From: Candidatus Woesebacteria bacterium
GTDB lineage: Bacteria > Patescibacteriota > Microgenomatia > UBA1400 > PJMF01
Direction of reading: 5' to 3'
NCBI GenBank assembly: GCA_050123235.1
Contig: JASFHL010000008.1
Location: 1 to 54,105 of the forward strand
DNA: 54,105 bases
Shown in pieces: positions 17,604 to 25,490 of the stretch. The translations under genes and the position numbers were made by a program. Below the pieces are notes generated by a model. That model saw only the letters and a list, made by a program, of their open reading frames with translations, had not been told where the DNA came from and did not search any database. Position 1 is the first letter of the stretch. Each line of letters opens with the position of its first letter.

Positions 17604-17834
17604 AGTAAGAGTATTTTACCATTAAATTCAAGCCGTGGTCAGTCTTGTTTATTTTGAGATAAAGTCTAATATTCTAATGGCATGGAAAAAGTTCTTGTTT
17701 TTTAAACCAGAGGAATTCCCCCCTTTTAAAAAAATATAAAAACAACTACTTCAAAACTTATCAAAAATAGTCTATTATAAACAAAAAGACTCGTAAATTT
17801 AGCAAAATCAAGCTAAATTTAAAAAAAATAAAAC

Positions 17835-18989
17835 ATGATTACTGCAGAGGAAATTTCTAATCTCAAAGATTTGTTAAGTAAAGCACAGACTGTCTTAGTG
17901 ATGCTGGGGGAAAAAGCTAGTTTTGATCAAGTGGCCTCTGCTAGTTCTTTGTATCTTGCTTTAAAGCAAAATGGAAAAAAAACAGGATTTTTTTCTCCTA
18001 GTAATGATTTTAATGGTCATCCTAATAAAGAAGAGTTTTTACAAATTCAAGGAATAAAAGAGTTAAAGCAAGAGTTAGGCCATCAAAATTTGTTAATCAG
18101 TTTTGATTATCAAGAAACTCAAGTCGATAAGGTCAGTTATCATATTGGAGAGCAAACAGGCAAGTTTTACTTAACTATTAAACCTCAAAGCGGACATGAG
18201 CCGCTTAATCCTGAAGCAGTAGATTTTTCTTTCACTGGAGCAGATGCAGATTTGATTTTTTTAGTTGGGATTCATGAGTTTGAATCATTAGGTAATTTAT
18301 ATTATGGCTTTGAAACTCTGTATGAAGATGCTGGTACAGTCACGATTCATAATTTCAAACCAGATATTGCTAATATAAAACTTGATACTTCTGGTAGTGT
18401 CTGTATGAGTGAGGCAATGTTGCTCTTATTGGAAAATTTGGAGTTTGAAATTGATGATGGAATAGCGACTAACCTATTAGCCGCCATAGAGCAGAGTACT
18501 CAAAGTTTTTCCTCTTTGTCTGCAACAGCTGAGACTTTTGAAATAGTGGCAAGACTGTTGAGGGCTGGAGCCAGAAGAATTAAGAAAACTGCAGCCTCAA
18601 TCACTACTGCTCCGAAAAAAATTGAAAAAGCAAAGGTGATTAAAGAAAAAGTATTACAGCAAGGTGTAGAGTCAGGGCAAATTATGCCCAAAAAAAGTCC
18701 AAGTCCCAAAAAACAGCAGGTAAGTGAAAGAGAAGAGACAGCGCCTGAAGGAAATTTTGACAAAGAAGGCAAGAGAAGAGCAGCTGAAAGTACTGAAAAG
18801 AAAGTTAAGAGACAAAGTAGACAAGAAGGAAGTTTGAGGTCTGCTACAAAATATCGACTTAAGCAGAGAAAATCTAAAAGGCCAGCTCCACCTAGTGCTA
18901 GTTTCAGACACAAAAAACAGCAATTAAATAGAGGAGAGAATTCAAAACCCGGTGGTTTAAAGTATCATCCTGGTGGATTTAGAAAATGA
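17835..18989 (+). CDS. DHH-phosphoesterase-like protein with degenerate catalytic motifs and a basic disordered tail
   Basis: The N-terminal layout resembles NrnA/DHH proteins (TVLVMLGEKASFDQVASASSLYLAL; TVTIHNF where DHH is expected). The last ~130 aa are K/R/S/P-rich. Confidence 0.55.
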   Translation: MITAEEISNLKDLLSKAQTVLVMLGEKASFDQVASASSLYLALKQNGKKTGFFSPSNDFNGHPNKEEFLQIQGIKELKQELGHQNLLISFDYQETQVDKVSYHIGEQTGKFYLTIKPQSGHEPLNPEAVDFSFTGADADLIFLVGIHEFESLGNLYYGFETLYEDAGTVTIHNFKPDIANIKLDTSGSVCMSEAMLLLLENLEFEIDDGIATNLLAAIEQSTQSFSSLSATAETFEIVARLLRAGARRIKKTAASITTAPKKIEKAKVIKEKVLQQGVESGQIMPKKSPSPKKQQVSEREETAPEGNFDKEGKRRAAESTEKKVKRQSRQEGSLRSATKYRLKQRKSKRPAPPSASFRHKKQQLNRGENSKPGGLKYHPGGFRK

Positions 18990-18999
18990 TTGGAGTAGT

Positions 19000-19131
19000 T
19001 TATTTTTTATTAGATTTGTATGGTCTCGATCTTATGACAAATACCCAGAAGTTAGAAAATGCCGCCATAATAGCACGAAATTTAGCTAACTCTTCATCTG
19101 TCATTTTCTCTCTTTTTTCTTTTTTACTCAT
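19000..19131 (-). CDS. small ORF (43 aa), hypothetical
   Basis: The sequence gaaaggaactt precedes the ATG at 19131. Translation is MSKKEKREKMTDEELAKFRAIMAAFSNFWVFVIRSRPYKSNKK. It starts 21 nt after the stop of the 1145-aa gene. It is below the ORF-track size cutoff. Confidence 0.35.
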   Translation of the reverse strand: MSKKEKREKMTDEELAKFRAIMAAFSNFWVFVIRSRPYKSNKK

Positions 19132-19152
19132 AAGTTCCTTTCTTCCAACTCC

Positions 19153-22100
19153 CTAACCTCCATCTATTTCTTTCAACTTCTGGCCACAATATTTGTCACT
19201 GCCAGTAGACCAAGCTCCCCAGTTTTGACCACCATTAGAGAGGTTGAGCGCATAGTTAATATTATTTGTAGGATCTTGCATTTTGTCGGCACAGTCATCT
19301 ACTAAGGATTGTTCAACTAAGATATTACAGCTAGGAGGCGTCCAGTTATAGTCAAAGTAGTTGTCGCATTCATGAGCAAGTAGGTTAATTTGGAAAAGCC
19401 CGACACTATAATCAACTGACTTGCCAGTGACACAACCATCATTGACAGTGCTAGCATTGCCACCACTTTCGGCATTACAAATGATTGAGGCTTTCTGAGC
19501 GCGTTTGCGAATGGTGTTTGCTTCTAATTGTTCTCCGTGGTCTGCTGCCCATTTTTCAACGTGATTGATCATATTGTCTACACTGCAAGGACTGCCAGCT
19601 GGAGCTTCTTGGCAGCGAGTAGCTTGATCATCTTCGCTCCAGCCTAGATCTTCATTTCTGCCATTATAAGGAGTGCTGCCAAAGCCAATAGTTTCGCTTT
19701 TTCCAGAACAACGGCCAAGGAACATATCCTCAGTTCTTTCGCAAGATTTTACATATTCATAAGCTTTACTTCCAAATTCTCTTAAACCTGTTTGAATTTT
19801 ACGTAACATCCAGCCTAATCTAGCACCGGGCATGTACAGTCCTTTATGATCTTGTTTCATTTTGACACCAAATTTTCTCTCTTCACAGTGTTCAACTCCG
19901 GATTCATCAGTCCAGCAACGGCGATCAAATTCAATGCTATCGCCACCCTCAGCTCCAAATTTAGCATCAATTACAGGTAAGTTTTCTGGTACTCCAGGTG
20001 CATCTTCCCAATCAGCAATACGGTTGGCCTCAACCATGTTTTCAAAGTCTTCTGCTGCAAAAAAGGCTTGTAGACTTTTTTCAATCACTTTCAGATTAGC
20101 ACCAATTGGCGCCACAATATGAATTTGGACTTCGGTTCTTTCTTTTTGGCTAGGCCCAGTGACTTTAATTTTAAAATCAAAATCCACTTTGTTGTGTGGA
20201 GGAGCGCCCAGAGCATCGTAACCTGACCAAAGACCTTCTTCAAATTGGTTGGTTTGGGGAACACTTTCACGGCCATCAGGTACAAAAGCAGGAGCAGCAA
20301 TATCTCTGGCCTGTTCAGCAAAGTAAAAGTGTCGTTCACAATTATTACTTTCAACCATAATATTTTGACCATTTCCTTGGCTAAAGTGAATGCCTTTAGG
20401 ATTAGAACCATTAATAATGTCAACTAAAACCCTGGCAAGAGGTAATGCTTCAGGAGCTCCATCGCATTGAGGAGTACCACTACAGATCACCTTAACTTCG
20501 CTTCTAGCTATTGGATCATCAGAAGCTTCTAAGATTTGCATTCTTTTAATTTCTGCTAGTAAGGCTTCACGTCTAGCCATTTCTTCACCTTGGATTTGCT
20601 CACTGTCTTCCTTTGAGCGCAACGTGCTAGCACTAATATCCGCTGTATCACTCCAAGGCATGCTTTGAGCTTTATTGGTTGTGAAATCTGGGATTTTGAA
20701 AGCTACTACCAAGGGGATATGTAAAGGGGCATCCTTGACTTGAATTTTAGCGCCGCCCTCGCCGTCACCTGTAGTATGTTTATATAAAAAACTGAATATG
20801 TCATATTTATCACCCTCAGGGTCGTTTTTGGGTTGTTGCAAAACTGAGATAACCAAAAAAGCAGTCCGGTAAACACGTTCCAGGTTGAGAGACATATTAC
20901 CCATGGCATCTTGTACTTCTCTAAATTGATCTTTATCAATTCCTAGTTCTGGGTTGTATGGTTGGCTAAGAACACTACAGGCAGTACGATCAAAGCCAAG
21001 CTCCCCACCTACTCTGTCATTGATTTCTTGGGCTAAACCTTCATATTTCATGAGCATGCTCTCAGAAGGATCATGACTGTAGATTAAGAAATCAGTTTCA
21101 GGAATTTCTTGATAAAGGGCACAGGACTTTGGCTCATCTAGCATCTCGCAAAGCTCTTTAGCTGTTCGAAGATTGGATACTTTTTTAAAACATTTATCTC
21201 CTAGGCTAAGTAAAAAGTTAGCTGCTCCATTACTGCGTACGTCTTTTTCTTCTTCAAGGTTAAGTGCCCCAAAGAATCCTTCAAAGGAACTATTTTTTGC
21301 AGTATCAGTCTCCAACTCACTGCCTCTAAATAGAGCAACTTTAGCATCTGCCATGTTGGCTTTTTGTTCGACTGTGCCACTAAAGAGAGGATTAATTCCT
21401 AGATAAACCTCACCAATTGGTGGCTGAGGATGGATTTCAAAATATTTTTGTACTTCACCAACAAACTTACTGCTAATTTCTAACTCTGGGCTAGGGCAGT
21501 AGGTTTGATAGCCTTGATCTTTAACTAGACTGAAAATGGCATAGTCTCTAGGTTTTTCCGGATCATAATCAGCAGCAATGACTTGTTCTTTTTCAATCAT
21601 ATTTAGAGGGTAAGTAATAAATTGATCATGATCTCTCTCTTTCAAGGCAGATAAACGATCAAGTGCTTCACAGTTTTGAGGATCAATCCGTTGACCTTTA
21701 CCGGTGTAGAGAGTGCCATGTACATAAAGTAGCCACTCACCATGATCTTGGAAATTTTCACAGACATTGCGCACCAAAGGAGTAATGTGAGAAGCTCCAG
21801 TCTGAGAGCCTTGTGTTTCGATGAATTGGATTACGTTATCTAAATTAGTATCAGGCGGAGAATCACCACCGGGGGAGAGAGAGAATTCGCTTAGGATTAA
21901 ATTTTTTCCTTCAGTGCCAGTCATGCCAACTTGATGGGTATCTGTAGCATTAGGATCACAGCTGTCAGCGCTTTGGCCGATACAGCCGTAGGCATTGGCG
22001 GTGCGGATGTTGGCAGCATTATAATCACCAGCTAAACCAGTGCTGCTTAAAAAAGCATCAGCAGGATAATCATAGTTATACCAATCCAAGGCTGCAGGTG

Positions 22101-22590
22101 AAATGTTGCCCATCCCTGCCACAGCTCGATAATTATTGGCATAAGTGTTGGGATCAGCACACTCTCTTGCCTGGTTATTAACCTCATTGCCAAAGGTGAT
22201 CAAAACACTAGCACCAAATTTTTCTTTGACAATATTAACAATATTGATGCTATCTTGAGTATTACCATCGCAGACACGATTGATTCTCACAATTGGAAAA
22301 AAGCCATGACGTTGTACAGCGGCTGCTAGTCTGCCTACGTCTTCGGCAGAGGTATTGATTTCTACCATCAAAGTGACTGGAAAACCACTCCCAGCTCCGT
22401 TGGGAGCAAGGATGCCATCCATGATAGAAATTTGGTGATTGATGTCGCCGTAACCTAAGTGACTGCCAATCATAGAAGCAGCAGTTGATTTGACGGGGAG
22501 AGAAATAGCTAGAGAAAAAAACAGAGTAACAACAAAAACAATAACAATAGTTTTAACTAAGTCTAATTTGGACACATAGCTATTATACAA
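19153..22590 (-). CDS. secreted 1145-aa protein: N-terminal TIM-barrel glycosidase-like region and C-terminal lysozyme/SLT-like domain
   Basis: N-terminal TM/signal helix (IVIVFVVTLFFSLAISLPV). ITFGNEVNN is a clan GH-A style NE motif. The C-terminal NAESGGN...YSVGLFQINL...NWGAWS matches the lytic-transglycosylase/lysozyme-like pattern (E-S ... GLxQI). Confidence 0.7.
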   Translation of the reverse strand: MYNSYVSKLDLVKTIVIVFVVTLFFSLAISLPVKSTAASMIGSHLGYGDINHQISIMDGILAPNGAGSGFPVTLMVEINTSAEDVGRLAAAVQRHGFFPIVRINRVCDGNTQDSINIVNIVKEKFGASVLITFGNEVNNQARECADPNTYANNYRAVAGMGNISPAALDWYNYDYPADAFLSSTGLAGDYNAANIRTANAYGCIGQSADSCDPNATDTHQVGMTGTEGKNLILSEFSLSPGGDSPPDTNLDNVIQFIETQGSQTGASHITPLVRNVCENFQDHGEWLLYVHGTLYTGKGQRIDPQNCEALDRLSALKERDHDQFITYPLNMIEKEQVIAADYDPEKPRDYAIFSLVKDQGYQTYCPSPELEISSKFVGEVQKYFEIHPQPPIGEVYLGINPLFSGTVEQKANMADAKVALFRGSELETDTAKNSSFEGFFGALNLEEEKDVRSNGAANFLLSLGDKCFKKVSNLRTAKELCEMLDEPKSCALYQEIPETDFLIYSHDPSESMLMKYEGLAQEINDRVGGELGFDRTACSVLSQPYNPELGIDKDQFREVQDAMGNMSLNLERVYRTAFLVISVLQQPKNDPEGDKYDIFSFLYKHTTGDGEGGAKIQVKDAPLHIPLVVAFKIPDFTTNKAQSMPWSDTADISASTLRSKEDSEQIQGEEMARREALLAEIKRMQILEASDDPIARSEVKVICSGTPQCDGAPEALPLARVLVDIINGSNPKGIHFSQGNGQNIMVESNNCERHFYFAEQARDIAAPAFVPDGRESVPQTNQFEEGLWSGYDALGAPPHNKVDFDFKIKVTGPSQKERTEVQIHIVAPIGANLKVIEKSLQAFFAAEDFENMVEANRIADWEDAPGVPENLPVIDAKFGAEGGDSIEFDRRCWTDESGVEHCEERKFGVKMKQDHKGLYMPGARLGWMLRKIQTGLREFGSKAYEYVKSCERTEDMFLGRCSGKSETIGFGSTPYNGRNEDLGWSEDDQATRCQEAPAGSPCSVDNMINHVEKWAADHGEQLEANTIRKRAQKASIICNAESGGNASTVNDGCVTGKSVDYSVGLFQINLLAHECDNYFDYNWTPPSCNILVEQSLVDDCADKMQDPTNNINYALNLSNGGQNWGAWSTGSDKYCGQKLKEIDGG

Positions 22591-22798
22591 GACTTAGGCG
22601 TGAAGCACAGATCAGCTGGAAAAGGTTAGTTTTGAGATGCTGGATTTTTTTTATGTTAAAATAGTGATTTATGTTAGGTGAAAAAGATAAAAAAAGGGAA
22701 ATGCAATGGGGTAGTGATATCTTTATTGCAGTTAATAGCAAAGCCTGACTCACGAAGAAAAAGACGATTACACTTACTAACACTTAAAATATCCTCTT

Positions 22799-23134
22799 AT
22801 GATAGATCCTCGTGAGCAAGATCCCAGGGCAAAAACTTTCAAGCATTCACGTAGACAAATAGAGCAGCAATTCCCTGAACTCGCGACCTTTCTACGAAGC
22901 TTGAGAGCTGAGCAATTTGTTATTCTAAGAAATGATTCTTCTCAAGAAATTAGAAGAAGAGATGCTTTGCTCAAAGAAATAAAAGCAGGAGCTGAGTTTG
23001 TGGTAACTGGGATGGTGGGAAAAGCACCCTATAGTTTGATTTTTAAAAGAGGACGATTAGTTGAAGTAATTTGCAGTGAACATCATGTAGAATTAGTTTT
23101 GAAGGCTTTGAAAGCGCAATTAGGTTTTAGGTGA
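22799..23134 (+). CDS. hypothetical 111-aa protein
   Basis: ORF from the track. It is a paralogue of the C-terminal part of the next gene. Confidence 0.6.
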   Translation: MIDPREQDPRAKTFKHSRRQIEQQFPELATFLRSLRAEQFVILRNDSSQEIRRRDALLKEIKAGAEFVVTGMVGKAPYSLIFKRGRLVEVICSEHHVELVLKALKAQLGFR

Positions 23135-23306
23135 GCTTATTTTGTTATAATGTTATAGTATAATACAAATATTGTGGCATTATATTAATATTATTTTTTA
23201 AAATGGAAATTTTAATAAAAAAACCAGAAAAAATAGAAGTTCCGGCTGCTACTTTACGAGAAGCAACTAATTCAGTAATGGGGAAATTTCAGTTTTTTTA
23301 GGACAA

Positions 23307-23786
23307 TTGAGCCTTACAGACTTGAGAAAAGCTGAAGTTCTTTGGAGATATTTAAGAAATGATAGAGATAGTCAAAAAATTGAAATTCGAATTGGAAATC
23401 AAAGCTTGATTTTACTTTATCAACTAGCTTACTGCAGAACAATAGAAGGATGGCAAGGAACTGCTGAAGGGTTAGAGCAATTTTTAACTCAACTTCGTAA
23501 TATGGTTTGTCATCAGTCCAGAAAGGTTGTAACTCAAAGATTCCCTAATTTTGCTTTTCTTTTTGACAAAATAACTCCTGACAAATTAGCAACTTTATCA
23601 GGTGCGTCTAAAACTGAGGAAAATTTTTTATTGATAAAATTAAGTTTACCTCGAATCCCTCAGGCTCATCAAAGAGAATATAGTTCTTCATTTACTCTTG
23701 TATTTGATAGAGATGGCCGTTTGTTTGCGATAAGATGTAATGCCATGTTATTAAAAACAGTATTAGAGTATTTAACAACAATTTAA
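23307..23786 (+). CDS. hypothetical protein (possibly the 3' part of a frameshifted gene starting at 23203)
   Basis: TTG-started ORF. A 32-codon ATG ORF (23203-23301) ends in a T7 run and would fuse with this ORF after a 1-nt shift. Confidence 0.55.
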   Translation: MSLTDLRKAEVLWRYLRNDRDSQKIEIRIGNQSLILLYQLAYCRTIEGWQGTAEGLEQFLTQLRNMVCHQSRKVVTQRFPNFAFLFDKITPDKLATLSGASKTEENFLLIKLSLPRIPQAHQREYSSSFTLVFDRDGRLFAIRCNAMLLKTVLEYLTTI

Positions 23787-23799
23787 GTTTAATATCTTA

Positions 23800-24252
23800 T
23801 CAAAATCCTAAAATCACTACCCCAAAAATACCCTCAATAATTTGAATAATCCAATAAGAGGCAAACAGTAAGAGAAAACCAATCAAGCCAGCGGTCACTC
23901 TTTGTTTGCCTGCATCCATGCTTTTTTTAGTAGCTGCGCCAGATAAAATTTCAAAGCCACCCCAAAGAATAATCACAAATAGCAGTACTCCAGCAATGGG
24001 AAAAATAAATTCAAGTAGTCTATTAATAATGCCACTGGGGGTACTTAATTTTTCTGCTAAAGAAGATTCTTGTTTGAGTGGATCGAGCTGGCTGAGCTTT
24101 TCTTGTGTCAATTTGGTATCTTCAGACCAAACAGAGCCATCATCTTGGGCAAAGACTTTTTGAGTAGTAATGCCCGGAGTCCCCAGAAAGACTGTTAATA
24201 AAATGAAGCTAGTAGTTAGTGCCGCCAGTAGTAGTTTTTTTAATTTAGACAT
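23800..24252 (-). CDS. TrbC/VirB2-like T4SS pilin candidate
   Basis: 150 aa. Signal peptide ending VFAQD. Two hydrophobic helices are separated by a short charged loop (IAGVLLFVIILWGGFEIL-SGAATKKSMDAGKQR-VTAGLIGFLLLFASYWIIQII). Confidence 0.6.
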   Translation of the reverse strand: MSKLKKLLLAALTTSFILLTVFLGTPGITTQKVFAQDDGSVWSEDTKLTQEKLSQLDPLKQESSLAEKLSTPSGIINRLLEFIFPIAGVLLFVIILWGGFEILSGAATKKSMDAGKQRVTAGLIGFLLLFASYWIIQIIEGIFGVVILGF

Positions 24253-24254
24253 AA

Positions 24255-25232
24255 TTAATCAGCAAAGCCCGGGATATTAAATATTTTAACACCAATAAAT
24301 TGTAAAATCGTTACTGAGAAAATAATAAAAATCAAACCAATCACAGCTGAAGTAAGTCTATCTCTAGCATCGCCAACACGTTTTGGTTCTCCTTGAGAAG
24401 TGGAGAGCATAAAGGCGGAGATAAGAATAATCAATAAAGCTAAACCTCCAGCCAAACCCAAGCCAATTTTAATAATGACCATAATGATACTATCAGCTTT
24501 GGTAGGTATACAGCCTACCGCAGTCCAAATGCCAGCTGCATGTCCCTCTGTAATTTGAGCACAGCTTTCACACTTAGAACGCTGACCTGCATCATTGATT
24601 TGAGCACAAAGTTTAAAAGGAGAAGTATCTGATGTACCTAGCGGAGTTGGCTCGCCGTTACATTGAACATCTTTTTCACATTCTTTGCTAACTAAAAAGT
24701 TATAAGGGCCACAAATAGTTTGATCATTATTATTATGTTGAATTTTGAAAACATACTGTCTATTACTACCATCACGATTGCCATCAAGGTTGGTGATAGT
24801 ACAGTCATCCATAGTATCGCCACTTACAGCATTTTGACAGATAACTTTTTGGCCTACATCCCGACCTTTGTCAAATTTAATTTTTAGCCTAACTCTTGGC
24901 CAACGTTCACTAAAACTTTGACCATCTTGGTTTCTGATATCAGTCACTCTGATGGTTGTGTTAACATCTTGTTGCATACAGCCAGGGGCATAACAAGTTT
25001 CTAAATATCTATCGTCATCATATTTTCTAGATTGTTTGACAGTGACATTACAAGTCCAAGTATCATCGCTTCTGTCTGTTGTTCCTTCAGGGGTTGGGCT
25101 TGGAGCACAAGCCAAGGGATAGAGATCACAATCTATATCATCTACTTGAGCATCAATGCAGAGAGGATCTAATAAAAAAACAGCAGTCAGAAAAAATAGG
25201 ACTGCTGGTATTGAAACTAAGAATTTTTTCAC
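24255..25232 (-). CDS. Cys-rich secreted domain fused to a C-terminal T4SS-pilin-like two-helix module
   Basis: Signal peptide, then a ~210-aa ectodomain with about 18 Cys. The C-terminal IIKIGLGLAGGLALLIILISAFML-STSQGEPKRVGDARDR-LTSAVIGLIFIIFSVTILQFI is paralogous to the module in 23800-24252. Only 2 nt separate it from that gene. Confidence 0.6.
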   Translation of the reverse strand: MKKFLVSIPAVLFFLTAVFLLDPLCIDAQVDDIDCDLYPLACAPSPTPEGTTDRSDDTWTCNVTVKQSRKYDDDRYLETCYAPGCMQQDVNTTIRVTDIRNQDGQSFSERWPRVRLKIKFDKGRDVGQKVICQNAVSGDTMDDCTITNLDGNRDGSNRQYVFKIQHNNNDQTICGPYNFLVSKECEKDVQCNGEPTPLGTSDTSPFKLCAQINDAGQRSKCESCAQITEGHAAGIWTAVGCIPTKADSIIMVIIKIGLGLAGGLALLIILISAFMLSTSQGEPKRVGDARDRLTSAVIGLIFIIFSVTILQFIGVKIFNIPGFAD

Positions 25233-25490
25233 AATTTTATTGTATCGTATTTTTATGATGTAGGCAGTGTCTATCTTAGCTCAGCTATTAGACAAACTTT
25301 TGGAATTTATTTAATAAAACAAAAAAAACAACTCACTCTGATTTAGCTTTTTATAGATTTAATTATCTAGTTGTGATTTGAATTATATCAGATCTGTTAA
25401 GATGAAATTTGTTTATTAGAGTTATTTCGCAATAACTCTAAAAGTAAAGCTAGTTGTTCCTTCTTCAAAGACTCAGGTTATAATGTTCTT

